DNA of 64,000 nucleotides, from the NCBI GenBank assembly GCA_010015805.1, contig ML978122.1:2328453-2392452 (forward strand). Reading direction: 5' to 3'. Under the pieces are notes generated by a model, which made no database searches, had not been told where the DNA came from, and was given only the letters and a program-made list of their open reading frames with translations. Positions 48,695-61,284 of the stretch are shown one piece after another (the stretch's first letter is position 1; every line of letters begins with the position of its first letter). Source of the DNA: Rhizodiscina lignyota (Eukaryota). The position numbers and the translations under genes are program-made.

Positions 48695-49006
48695 GCGCTA
48701 AACTATTTCTGTGCAGAGCTTTTCTTCCCGGAGGTTCCCGAAGTCGCCAAAACCACCACACACAAATCGAAGACGCCAGAATATTGTTGTCGTATCACCC
48801 AAGGGAGGACCACAACGATTGTTTATGGAGATATTCCAACGCAAATACAAAAAAGTCTATCTCACAGAAGTAATCAATTTCAAGTCGTCGGATGGGCAGC
48901 GTGCCGGTGCTGCAAATTCATGCCATTGTGGACCTTCGTTACCTGAACAGCAGTAATGATTGTATGTATTACTCTTCAGACTATGCTACGCTGCTTGGCT
49001 AACCGG

Positions 49007-50317
49007 TCAATCACTTGTTAAACCACATTCTCCATTTTCCTTCACTAACTCGGCCAGGGAGCCAACAGCAGCATCGGGATCGTCCATATTCTTGATGAAG
49101 TGATTCTGGATAGACGCTGGAGAGAGAGAAGTTTCGGGTATGCCATTTTCGAACTTGTCCACTAGTGGGTTTGATTTGGGCAGCTCATAATGAACCATGA
49201 ACATCCTCTTTGCTTGGGCCTTCGTCGCTAACGGCAGCTCGACGCGGCGGCCGATTCGTCCAGGTCTAATCAATGCAGGGTCCAGGTTCTCTAGATGGTT
49301 CGTTGTCATAATTAGGACCCTTCCCTCTACAGCTCCCGCTCCATCGATCACATTCAACAAACCAGAGAGCGTGACACCATCTGGGCTGCCCTGTTGCTCC
49401 CTTTGCAGCCCCGCACTGTCGATGTCTTCCAGAATAATCATACTAGGTTTCCGGGTTCTTCCGAATAGTACTCTTATCTCCACATCAGTCATGCTTCTTT
49501 CAGCGAGGGAGAGCGTGTAGACTTCCAGCTGGAAATGACTTGCGAGGGCAAGGGCAAAACTTGACTTGCCAGTCCCTGGTGGACCGTAGAAGAGGTAGCC
49601 ACGACGGTATGGGATGCCTCGTCTCGCATACGTCTCGGCATCCGCAATGTAGCTTCTAACATCGTCAATAACGTCTCGTTTCAGCTCTTCGTCCAGGATA
49701 ACGGTCTCTAGACGCCTCGGAGCACAGCTTCGATCCAAATACCAGCGGCCTTGGTTACCATCGCATTCTTTACTCGCAGGTCGTTTGATGCTGAGAGAGT
49801 ACTTCTTCCGCCCAGCAGACCAAGATCCAATCTTTTCCAACAGCTCTTTTAGAGGAGTGCATGACCATCCAACCGTCCGGATGATAATGGATTCTTTGAC
49901 TCGCAACTGTGAAGGATTGGGGTCCCTTTCTCTTGTAAAGAAGAAAGGTCTCTTCCAGTACCAATCAGTAACAGTAGAGCCTGGGCCGAGCTCGTATGTG
50001 ATGGTGGTAGTCCGCTTGGCTAGTGAATGTCGGCCTTGCACTCTATCGCTCAACCAATCCACAACCTCTTGGAAGAATTCGCTATTACCATCTATTAACA
50101 TAGATGGTAAGACCTTAAGGAAGCTTAGCCAAATGCGAGGGTAAATATATATAAGAGAGGTGGAAAAAATGCAAAATTGTAGTATTCGTTCGACCGGGCT
50201 GCCGTTTTTCAAGATACGAATCCAGGAGCTGAAGCTGGAGCTAATGGGCATGGCAAATCCAGGAAGATCTTCGACGTGTATCTGACGCTTGGGAGATGCA
50301 ACATTGTTTTTGTCCAT
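49007..50317 (-). CDS. BCS1-like AAA ATPase
   Basis: RGIPYRRGYLFYGPPGTGKSS, IILEDID, VTLSGLLNVIDG, DPALIRPGRI; N-terminal TM segment. Confidence 0.93.
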   Translation of the reverse strand: MDKNNVASPKRQIHVEDLPGFAMPISSSFSSWIRILKNGSPVERILQFCIFSTSLIYIYPRIWLSFLKVLPSMLIDGNSEFFQEVVDWLSDRVQGRHSLAKRTTTITYELGPGSTVTDWYWKRPFFFTRERDPNPSQLRVKESIIIRTVGWSCTPLKELLEKIGSWSAGRKKYSLSIKRPASKECDGNQGRWYLDRSCAPRRLETVILDEELKRDVIDDVRSYIADAETYARRGIPYRRGYLFYGPPGTGKSSFALALASHFQLEVYTLSLAERSMTDVEIRVLFGRTRKPSMIILEDIDSAGLQREQQGSPDGVTLSGLLNVIDGAGAVEGRVLIMTTNHLENLDPALIRPGRIGRRVELPLATKAQAKRMFMVHYELPKSNPLVDKFENGIPETSLSPASIQNHFIKNMDDPDAAVGSLAELVKENGECGLTSD

Positions 50318-50638
50318 TGCGGAATCGTGGCCACAGCCTTACTCGGACCTTAGGTGCAACATCAGAGCGACCGAGCACTGTGTCCCTCCTATATACGTTA
50401 AACCGATTCTTAGAGCCGCTTTCCTGAGCAAGGGCCTCCAACCCCCAGCCCTGCTCCCGTGTCGCCTCGGATGCAGCCTACGTTCAGCTGGTCGAAACAT
50501 GCTTGCAATTGCATAGAAAGCATCGGCGTGGCTGGCTTAATCGCACTACCAAAGTGGGGGGAAATTCCATTTTGGCCATTTTCAGCTACGCCTCGATTAA
50601 CGAATACTCCTCGCTATCTCACTTCTAATGCCTTATCT

Positions 50639-51355
50639 CTACATGAACTTGACCCCAGCAGATCCACTATGCCACTTTAATCCAGAAACTTTCACAAATC
50701 TGACTGGAAGCTCATCATCCCCAGAATCACAAATCCTCAACGTGTATACATTGTTTGCCCACTTGTCGAAGGGCGCCTCAAAGCCCGTAAGTATACCGCC
50801 AATTTTTTCATGACCATCTTCAATCTCGATTTTACGGTTCAACCCCTTCGTTAGTTGAAGTCCACGTATCATCTTCGGCGAAAATTGGTTCCTATGGGTG
50901 CCATGTCTCTTGTCGTAGCATTCTGTAGCAATTCTCTTGAGCTCTTCAATAAGAGCGTTGATCTCGTTGGTGTCTTCCTGCTCCCTGTGGCGAACATGCA
51001 GAAATAGAGAAGCAGCTTCGGCCACCCTTACGATGGGCTCCCGGTAATTTGGGCTCGAATCCCCTCCAATGCGCTTGAATAGCGAGCTGCGTACGTATAT
51101 CTGAGGTTCATACGGATCCTTTGTGACATCCTCGAACGCCTGAGCTGTTTTATCGTCCTTGTCATCGGTGACTGGTGTCCGCCGGATAATCGATCGACTG
51201 TTTTTCGGTTTCTTTTTACAGTATTGCACAAATATACAATTCATGATGATGAAAATAAGGTATGGTAACGATTGCTTCAATATGACAGAAGGTACGATCC
51301 CACCAAACAATCCCATGATTCCTATCTCTTTGTTTGAGGACAGATTGAAGTTCAT
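50639..51355 (-). CDS. Hypothetical protein with N-terminal hydrophobic segment
   Basis: 238-aa ATG ORF. Confidence 0.55.
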   Translation of the reverse strand: MNFNLSSNKEIGIMGLFGGIVPSVILKQSLPYLIFIIMNCIFVQYCKKKPKNSRSIIRRTPVTDDKDDKTAQAFEDVTKDPYEPQIYVRSSLFKRIGGDSSPNYREPIVRVAEAASLFLHVRHREQEDTNEINALIEELKRIATECYDKRHGTHRNQFSPKMIRGLQLTKGLNRKIEIEDGHEKIGGILTGFEAPFDKWANNVYTLRICDSGDDELPVRFVKVSGLKWHSGSAGVKFM

Positions 51356-51898
51356 TCTCCGATTAGCTGAGGAGGTTTAATGTGAAGAGACGGAAATTTG
51401 CAAGCTGAAGGTGAGGCCGGCTGGAGGTTATATCTTCACCCTGACGAAAACAAACATTCGAAGATTGGAGCTTTGGCAATACGGATACACTAAAGGAACT
51501 ACGCTCGTGTAGTTTAGCATAGTCAGAGATTTCCATTGATCAATCACGATCTTCGCCAGTTCGTGCTCGCTATGTGCTCTGACAAAGTACAGACGTTTCG
51601 TATATAGATACTATGATTTATGAATGAAAAACAAGTCTTAAGTCTCAAACATAAGCTACGGTACTCTCTCGTATTCCTCCCTTCGAAATCATCGGCTGGA
51701 CAACCGGCGCAGGTGATGAAATCGGGCGCTCGGAATTTGTCAATGCTTGAGTTGACCTCGAGAGCTGTATGTCGCTCCTCTGTTGGCCTTCCAAAATATC
51801 AAAAACACGTTGACATCTCTGTTCGATCTGTTCCCTGAAAATCCCGTATCTACTTAAGCTCGCTTGAGTGATAGCCGATGATATCTGCGGAATATTAG

Positions 51899-52680
51899 CT
51901 ATAATCGATTACCCAATGACGAACAACGAACCCATATGATTATAGAGAGTCGCTCTGTATCCCGTTTTGGAACATAAAGAACTAGAGTGAACATAAAGAC
52001 AAGCCCCAGCGTACAAGGTGTAAGGATCGGTGATGCCCTTTTCAATGCCCGATTTGTCGGAAGGAGATAACAAAGACACGGCGAATAGGCAACAAACCAA
52101 ATCACCAACCGAATTTTCACATGTTCTGATCTTGGCCTAGGTTTCGTGAGCTGATTAGATACATAATTACGAGAAGACTTACATTAACAAAACGCAGGCG
52201 TTGGCAAAACAGCAAAGAGTGATCCACGTCATAAAAACCCACGCCCAGGTCCGGCGGGTTATAAAGAGGTGAATAAAAATATACTCTCCCTAGGTACAGT
52301 TTAGCGGGAATAGTACTAAAGTAAAAGCATACATACCTCGAGTACAGTTGGCAGGAATTCTGCAAAGCCAGAAACGTATTGTACAGTATCTGAGAGGCCG
52401 GGGTCTCTTGTATTCACCGCGAAGAGAATCGTAGCAGCTACAAAAGTAACTAGCGACACAGTACTCGATACCAAAATAATGATGACGAGGATACGATAAG
52501 TGGCTGGATCGGCTGGTGACCGACGCCACTGCGACAAGCCATTGGATGGAAATGATAAAAGGCCTAGAACCAATAACAAAGCAGAAAAGATAATGCCCGT
52601 AAATGGCGCAGGGCCAGCATCTGATGCTAGCTGCATCAGTCAAACCGGGAAGGGGCGAAAAATTGGATACAGACACGATG
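51899..52680 (-). CDS. Multi-pass membrane protein, multi-exon (structure uncertain)
   Basis: Hydrophobic segments FTGIIFSALLLVLGLLSF and ILVIIILVSSTVSLVTFVAATILFAV; GTATGT donor after PTVLE. Confidence 0.45.
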
Positions 52681-53158
52681 ACAATGTGGAAACCAAAGGT
52701 TGACCGGTGAGAATGGAATCAGAGCATGCAGCAAGTACAGCTCAGCAGGGCGTTGAACGGGGCGTAAGGAGATGCATATATAACAGTCAGGATTTACCGA
52801 TTAATGTACGAGCGCCTGGAGTGTCGTGGACGACCCACATCGAATGCTCGTGAAGGATCGTACGCTTTGAGACCTGATCAGGAAGCGAGGGCGTGTCTGC
52901 AGAGGAAGATGCGTGGTAATGGTGGATGTAAACACCCACGTTAGCCGAGTGGGAATATCGTTTTTAAGGTGCCCTGGGCCCGCATAGCACAGGGGTCATG
53001 TCAAGGCGGCACGGGAGCCTATGCATTAGTCCTATCCCCTTCTGGACGAAGTTGGAAAGCACTTTCCAACTTCGTCCAGAAGGGGATAGGGCGAGCCAAG
53101 ACCTGCTTTGAAGGCGCGCAGAAGCGCCCGACCCTTCTTTTACTCCAATAACTTCTAC

Positions 53159-55992
53159 ATGGCCGAGTCTTTATTCACAAGACTAACAAAAGGGGACTAC
53201 AAGGCTGTTACGGACGATGAGGTATGAGCAAAACTTCTTTCTAAAGATATGATCTCACTGAACTATAGTGCGAATTTCTCACCCGTATTCTCAACGCTGC
53301 GCCATACTTGTTCCTTCATGACTCAACCCTAGGTAACAAGAGGACATCCGATACTCCAGATGCCGGCAGAAGTGCAAAGAAGGCGAAGTCAAAAACCGAG
53401 AAACTTAATGAGAGTTACTACCCCGAGGGTTTTGTGAGCTTGTTAGAAGAGAAAAGAGAAGGCTGGGAGTCAGATCCCAAATCCTTTTTCGGCGAGCTTG
53501 AGATCCAATCTGACGACACTGATGGTTCTGCTGCCAGCATCTTCTCTTTCGCTGTGCGGTTGGATATTTCAACAACATTCACGGATCGTCAAAAGCGACT
53601 AGTCCACGTGGCACTCGCGTTATTACACGAGCCGTATACTCATGTGGACGCGATTTGGAGTCGAATCCAGGAAAGCCGAATAGCGAAGACACTGCAAAAA
53701 CAGCATCCTCAACACTTCTCAAAAAACAGATTGCGAACTGTTTTGAAATATGGTCGGAAATGGTGGATTATTGCGCACCTCTGTGCAAAGCTGGACCAGC
53801 GGAGCCACCGACCTCACGAAAACTGTAGTCATGTTCTTGATTGTCCTCATTCTGGTCTCTGTGAGAGTGATGACGAGTGTGCCGGTAGGGGCTGCGACCT
53901 TTCGGGGGAATGCTTCTTTCATCCACCACACGTAGTGCAAAGGATGATTGGTGTCATATTGCTCCTGGATCAAGGCTACTCGTAAGTCGTAGTGAGCAGC
54001 CTAATGAACGCTCGCTGACGAAAGAAAGATGGGAGGCCGCCAAGTACGATCAATGCGAGGCAGCTCTGGCTTGCCTCGGTGTCCGCACCGATCTATTTAA
54101 ACGTGCAAAGGCCAATAGCGGTGTGGTCCAAGCTATCTTGAAAATGTTGAAGGGGGGTAAGTTGTAAGGACCGATTTGATTCTAGTTGCTGACGCTCTTA
54201 GGCGCGACCTTTCCTCATCACGACAACGAGGAACCAACCCGGGCACCTTCGTCATTGCAGTCGAGACCAGAGATTCCCACCCCAGAACAAGCGCGATTTC
54301 AGGTACCAGGTGCAGTGCAGCAGACTCGCCCTCCAATCCACGCTCTTAGCGATGCCGACCATGCCTCCGGGATTGTATCAGGTCTTCTACTGTTCCTTCA
54401 TTTCTTGGTCGGACCTGATTTGAAAGTGGAGATCCCGCTCCTGACATTCATTGGGTACCAGCGGAAGAGGTGGAAGGAAGATGGCGATCAGGAAATGTAC
54501 ACAGCACTCGAACATGGTCTTAGCGAAGAGCTCCACAAACTTTTCCAGGGCGAGCACAAGCTGGAAGGGGCATTACGGACTCTTCACAGACAAGGATATA
54601 TTGAATTCGTCTCCGACTACCAAGCTATTCAGTTGCGGCGCCACGTAGAGAAGTTCCTTTTAGATGCGGATACTCAGTCTTACTGGAAAGACCAAGTGCT
54701 ACGAGCCATTTGTTACTTGTTCACCGGGAATGCGAATTCAAAGGAGTAGGTTGCAGCTCTGTCGTCCATCGTTCCACCTCTGATGGCGCACTAGGTTCTC
54801 GAGGGTCGGCTGTCTAGCGTTACCCTACTTCGAGCGACTTATGAATAGCAGCATGTCAGAAATGCCACCATCTACCCGCGATCTCATGGTTGAAGCGCTT
54901 GTTACCTCCAGCAGCTTCTCAACACTTGAGTGGAAGGAACGAGCGCTAGAACGCATCGAACATATAACGACGAAGAGTGGACACACGTTAGATACATCGA
55001 CGGAGCTTCTCATTCTAGTTCGGAAATCCTTCGTCCATCGTATGAAGAAACAACCAAATTGTTCCATCCAACTTATCGAGCCGCACCTACGGAACATTGA
55101 AGACATTTCAAATCGAAAGATGCATGTTATGATAGGCAAGCTCCACCTTGAGCTCGGCTATGCTTTCCACGAGAGGGGAGAGTTCAATAAGGCGCAGTGT
55201 ATTCTCCAATCATGGCCATACAAGTCTTGCGTTCATGAGGATATAAATCTTTCGCTCTTCGAACTGAGCATCATGAGGAAGATCGCTGAGGCCCGTGGCT
55301 GGGTCTCCACCTGTGCCAAGGATTTCCAGGCAGCGGAGAACTCCCTTACCATCGCGCTGACATACTACCCAGAAGGGGAACCGATCAGTTACAGGAGCCG
55401 AAGCCTCCTTGCAGGTATATACTGTGAGCAAGGAAGATCGAGCGACGCGGTCTCACTGCTGAAGAAACACGTTGCATGCTCTATGGAACGACTCGACTAC
55501 AGACCATACCGAGAACTCCTGGTATCGTACACAGAGGTTTTAGTCTGTGCCAACGAGTTCGATGAGGCGGCCAAGTATCTTCCAAAGCTAAGCGAGTACT
55601 TTGATGGCAACTCTAACCCACTAGAACAGAAGAAGAAGGTTCGAGTTATGATTTCCTCGGCCCGGCGGGAGCACCACCTCGCCAAAGATCGCGTTCAGTG
55701 GAGTAACACACTAACTTGCTGGGAAAGAGTTATGACAGAAATTAAGGGATCCGGCATACTGGATATGGCTGGGGCTGACTGTGGCGTTATACGTTTGTTC
55801 ATGTCATTTGCTGCCAGTGAGCTTGGACGGCACACAGAGGCTGAAAGCTACAGGCGTGTTGGGCGTGAAGCACTTAAATCGCGTTCTGATTTCTGGATTC
55901 ATGGTCTGGGAACGCATTGTCTTCGATATGCTGAGGAAAAGCTGAGGTCGAAGAAAGGGAGCGGTAGCAATGTCGCGCTAGATTGTGAATGA
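53159..55992 (+). CDS. Multi-exon TPR-repeat protein (NLR-like C-terminal half, no P-loop seen)
   Basis: ORFs 53308, 54186 and 54841 appear linkable by short GT-AG introns. Winged-helix-like ALRTLHRQGYIEF..IQLRRHV, then TPR-like LHLELGYAFHERGEFNKA and LLAGIYCEQGRSSDAVSLL. Confidence 0.7.
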
Positions 55993-56465
55993 ACTGTGAG
56001 ATGTATCTAGAGCTAACCATGACTTTGCCGGTCGACGATCATCGTTGTATGTAAGCTCTTCTCCTCAATGGGCAAATAGGAAAGTGTCATTATGCTTCCT
56101 GATATGACTGCGTCGCTAACGGAAACGCACTGAGATGAGTGTCTTGAATCAACCGCTAAGGGGGCATGGCGATAGCACATATCTAGTCTGCAAGCATTCG
56201 CTAATCTCTCCTGAAAACATACTAGTGCTTTGCCTCTTTCTGATGCATCAGCTTCGATGCCCGAAGCTTCTCGCGTCGCGCAGTTCTAAGTTCGCCTCGC
56301 AGGGGACGAGGGGCCGATGCATGGATTGTCGTGCTAGTATTTGGCGAAAGTGCGAATTTATCACGGTGATAGGCTCTATAAATTTCTAAGATTTCTCTCT
56401 CGTTCTAATCAACCCCCACCAGATAAATATCCTCTCAAGTCTGTAATGGGCTAGCTTCGGAGAGA

Positions 56466-58680
56466 ATGGCTAATAACAACACCGGCAAGAGAGGCAAGCA
56501 AAAGTGTGGCTACTGTAAGAAGACTGGCCATAAGAAGAAGGACTGCAGCAAGAAGAAGGAAGATCAAGAGGAGGAAGATCAAGAAAAGGAAGATCAAGAG
56601 GAGGAAGGTCAAGAGGAAGATCAAGAGGAAGATCAAGAGGAAGATCAAGAGGAGGAAGATCGAGAAAAGGAAGGATATGAAGAGGGAGATAAATTTTTTC
56701 TCTGGAGTTCTCGTAAAATAACCACACTCCCGCGATTAGTATAAGTTACTAATTTGGCCGTAGGTAAATATCCGGACCAACTTGTGGATTTCATCGACCT
56801 CAACTCCACGCTTCTAAGAGACGCTGTAGGCAAGATTCTGAGAGACGCATGCAGAATATTACTCGAGCGTGACGTCGCGGTATGGACCCCCACCAACACT
56901 CTACCAGGATAGGATATATACTAATCATACGAACAGGTTGAAGGAATAATCATGTTTCATTGCCTTCCAGAGCTACAAGCATATAAGGATGCTTTGGAGG
57001 AGATTGAGCAACAATCTTCACTCAGGAGACAATTCGAGCTTCTAATTAATAGTGTCCACAAAAAATATGGCACAATACAGAAACAGCTCGACGACCTCCT
57101 TGCGAGACAAGAGATCACATTTGATTTGCTCCCATTCATCTTCAAACCGAGCACGGAGGTATATACAACATGTCCCGATACCGGCTCTCCATGGATAGCT
57201 CGACTCAATTACGCAATGCTCCAAAGCAGGGAACTCCACCTTGAGTGCCGGGGCCTAGATCATGTTGGCGGCTTCTTTGCCGAGAATACATTCCCTCGGA
57301 CGATCAAGTGTTTTCAAGCAGCCATGCGAATCGACTCTCTCGTAGTGTATCCCCTCAAATTCCATCGCGAGGCAGACCTAATAAGAATAAGGCTTACTGA
57401 GCGCGGACGACACTTCATTTCACTGAAAGAGTACCAGCATCAGCAGTATCACGGTATTGCATTTACACCCGGAGGCACTGCTCCGTGCCGTTCTGTCCAT
57501 GGTCGCATTATCATAGACACACTCAGCTTCCAAACAACGGATCTTCCTCCGATACCACCGCTATTGCCTCCAATACCACCGCTGTTATTGAAACGTCGTG
57601 CGCCTCCACCGATCCTTACCTATCCAGAAGTGAGGATCAACAGACTCGACGAACAAGATCTCGTTCTGTGTGTTCCAACGCTGCGTGGCTACTGCCTTCA
57701 AGCTAAAGCTTTCTGTATGTCTTTGAGTACATTGTTCAGCTTATGACCTAACGACGTCAGTTCGCTTTGCCGTTGAATGTATCAGCGATATTGAATGGAA
57801 CGAATCCATGATTGATGAAATTCACATTTCCGCGAATTACAAGCAGATGATTCGCGCTCTTGCCTCGAGGTATACCAAGGTTGACTATATCGAGGAAGGA
57901 AAAGCTCATAGATGTATTCTCCTGCTATAGTATGGTAATCAAGCCTCGTGATTTATTCAGATCGCTTACTACTGTAGTGGACCGCCCGGCGTTGGGAAGG
58001 CCTCCACCGTCGAAGCAATCGCTGAGTGGTTAAAACTTCCACTCTTTGTCGTAAGTAGCTATTGGAAGATCGATTGAAATCCTATTAACAGGTATAGATC
58101 TCCGCCAAAGATATGCTGCCAAATGGTATGAACGAAATGCTACCGGAATACCTCACTCTTGCAACCCGGTGGGGATGTGTAACGCTTGTAAAGGAAGCGG
58201 ATCGGTTGGTCGATGCGCATCAGCAGCTCTTACGCATCATTCAGTACCCTTGCGGCGGCATCTTGTGTCTGAACACAAATCGATTGAGGAAATTCGATGA
58301 AGCAATGATCAACAGAATAAACTTGGCCATCCCATTTTCAACTCTAAGGCGAGGTACTCGAACCAAGATTTGGAAGGCGCTCCTCGAGAAAGAGAAAAGT
58401 GTATTTGGACACCCGAAGTATAGTAGCCAGGATCTTGATGAGTTGTCTAAGATGACACGGGGTCTTAACGGGCACGAAGTGACTATAACCCTCTCTTCCT
58501 TCCACTCTATTAACTAAACCATTGAGATAGATCAGAAATATTATATCGACTGCCGCTACGACTGCTTCATTCGAAGGATCTTGTGTAACTTATAGTTACC
58601 TAGACGTGGCTGCTACGGCTGCAGTAAGTCTGCGGCAAGGGTGGGAGAGAGGAGTGAAAGATCTTGAGATGTACATATGA
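56466..58680 (+). CDS. AAA+ ATPase-like protein with N-terminal zinc knuckle and acidic repeat; degenerate Walker motifs; multi-exon
   Basis: CGYCKKTGHKKKDC; EEDQ repeats; ITFDLLPFIFKP; GPPGVGKASTVEAIAE; VTLVKEAD; LNTNR..FDEAMINRI; LNGHE|IRN. Confidence 0.85.
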
Positions 58681-58767
58681 AAAAGAAGAGTGAATACATT
58701 GGAGCTATTCAGTAACTGTGTATATGAACTGCGAAATAGCCAGCGTTTTACGTCTGTAGTGTCTGCT

Positions 58768-61052
58768 TCAACAGACTCGTACTGAGAGAAAGCCAGCCGA
58801 TCGCTGCCTTGGCAGAGGCGTTTTGTGATCAAGCTCTGCATGACTCTTCAGGCCGTTTACAGAATCGACCAGCACGCTGCAAGAGGGATGCGGACAGATC
58901 ATCCCACCGTTCCACTTACTGAAATGTTCGTCCGACATATGGCGGCTGAGACTGCTCCGATTCGCATACTGTCGGGTCCTGTCCTCGTAGCTCATAGATT
59001 CGTCGCCCAGGCAGAAAATGCACTGCGTTTCCTCGCACTCAATGGGAAATGCTTGAATAGGCTTTTCTTCCGAGGGGAATCTCAGGCTCTCCGAGGCGTC
59101 GCTCTCTATCCCCTTCACAGCTGCGAATACGGCCCTACGTCCCGATCGTCCGGGCACATAGCGTTCCCTTTTACCGCAGAGATTGGCAATAGCTTGCACC
59201 GCTCGAGCGCGACACGCAGCCTCATTTCCCGGATCAGAAGTCGTCCTGACCATTAGTGCTGATATCGCTTCTCTGCGCTCGGGTAGATGGTGGATCTCGG
59301 GCGCCGTTTCGAGGCTTGGGATTTCGACTGGGAGGCCTTGAAGCTGTCTCTGGATGTCTAGAACAGGCTGCTCTTGAGAGAATCGATCCTTTACCTCGTC
59401 AACCACTCGACGTTCACATTTTTTCTTTGCTGCCAGATATTTGTTCTTCTTCTTCTTAACTTGCTCATCTCCCGACGTCGATTCGTCTCTTTTCCGCTTG
59501 AGCTTAGCATTCTGCCATTCTTGTCGGCATTTCACAACCTCAGGGTCGTTGTTAACGAGCTGGTCCCTTTGGGCGTCATCAAGCCCCTTCGGCCTTCTCG
59601 GGTCTTGGCTTTGAATCATGGAGGTGGCCAGCCGTATGATATCACTCTGAGGCGTTGTGCCGTGGAACGAAGCCTGAAGATCTGCACGAATATCGTTCGA
59701 TTGGTAATTACGTTGATATACGTCGATTTTTTGATGATCCATCACCAAGGCTTGTTGCTCTGGGCTGATGTCCTCTATTGCATATTGGGTAAGCAAGGGA
59801 TTGACAAATAGAGTATCATATTCATAGACTTACTGCTTAGATTGATCCCTTCACCACCGCCATAGCGGAAGGAGTATGGCTTGGTGTCCCACTCAATACT
59901 CGTATCCTCCGCGATCCTCTTGAGCGCATTTCGCAGTATGGAATATGTGAGCTCGGAAAACACCGGAGTGTCGAGCTTTGATGAATCCAAGGGGAACACC
60001 TGTCTTTTTAAGCCGGTTGGAACACGTAAGCTATAAATAGAGCTAGCATCCTTCAGTCCAGCCAGAGGGTGAAAGATCTTGCGGCCAATAGCTAGGCCGA
60101 ACATCGCGACTTGCGGATCAAGGAGTAGGCATGACTCGTACATGGCCGGATAGGTATGCGTTTTACTGGAAGCGTGTCAGAATGTACGCTCACGAATATC
60201 TGTGAGAGGCAAAAGACGAGCGAAGATCAATACGTACGGTTTCTTTGGCCCCAAATACGTTTTTGTGCCATTGAATCGAATCTTAATAGTGGGGACGTCG
60301 CCTCGAAGCTCGTCAGGGTAGAGCACGAACTTGATGTCACCCCATTTCAGGCCCAGAAGAGCTGCTGGCCTACTTGTCGACAATCCGGCCAAGTTCATAG
60401 CTACTGAAATCTCCGCGCGGAGATCCTCGGACTTAAAGGTCATCCGCTTAGAGCACCAGAGCGTCTGCTCAAACGCGAACATCTCTTCCGAGCGAACGCA
60501 TCGCTTCTCTTCCTGCTCTGTCACATCTCCAGGGGGGATCAGCCCATATTTCATGCTCAGCTGAGCTCGAATCTTATTATGCGATCAGCAAATGCCCAAC
60601 TTGAGCTTTTCCAGTTGGACGTACTCCATCTGCCAGGTAGGTAATGACAGGGTTGACGTTCTCGGCACAGGCAGCCTTCATATGCAGAGTCCGGAGCGCG
60701 TCCCAGTACGTCCGTAGGGAGTTATCTTTATTGATTCTAAAGTTCATGAGCATCCAGTCAAGGAAGCCATAGATCGTCGATGCCTTTAGCTGAACGAGCT
60801 CTTCGTCTCGGTTAGTGCCTCTCAGGGAATGGTACCTGCAGCGAAAAGTCAAATACTATCTCCGTTGCGAGTGTAAGAAGCTCACTCATTCCATCGCCGC
60901 TCGACTAGAGATATGAGCGCTTTTGTGTTTTCACTAAGATTTTTTTCGGCGTCTCTAGACGGGTCGAAATTTTCCGCTTTTTGCTGGAGGGCGGCTTGAG
61001 AATTGTCGAGAGTAGTGCTTACTGGTACGGCACGCTCGCGGCGGGCTACCAT
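58768..61052 (-). CDS. DUF3435 tyrosine recombinase (Starship captain), 5 exons
   Basis: Spliced frame is open: RRWNE|YH..GFLDW..SLRTYW|..TSRPAALLGL..|..LLLDP..PYSFRYGGG|..LVMDHQKIDVYQRNYQS..DPRRP..QCIFCLGD..SLSRH..CPHPSC..LKSHAELDH. Confidence 0.95.
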
Positions 61053-61284
61053 TTTGATTTTCGTCTGGAAGAATTTATCCAAGCTATTATTACGGCTCGA
61101 GGATAACGCATTACTTATCTACTGCAATCTCTCTTTTTCGGATACAGTGGAAAACTTGGATCCAGGAGTTGTTCGTACGCGACTTGGGGCCGGGATCCGT
61201 GTAGTGCTAAAAACTATTGGCGGCTAGAGAATCTCTAATGAATACGCGCTATGTTTTAATAGACCCGATATTTAGACTTTATTT

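Larger units (their letters stand above)
1..61280 (-). mobile_element. Starship giant transposon (partial; distal end probably outside window; both boundaries approximate)
   Basis: DUF3435 captain is the first gene on the minus strand. Downstream cargo includes DUF3723, ferric reductase, patatin phospholipase and a TPR gene, the known Starship accessory set. Dense orphan genes and RIP patches. No terminal repeats identified. Confidence 0.88.

Noticed and set aside
56451..56727. Leu-rich and Arg/Lys-rich alternative-frame ORFs
   Set aside because: Shadows of the EEDQ repeat in the AAA gene.
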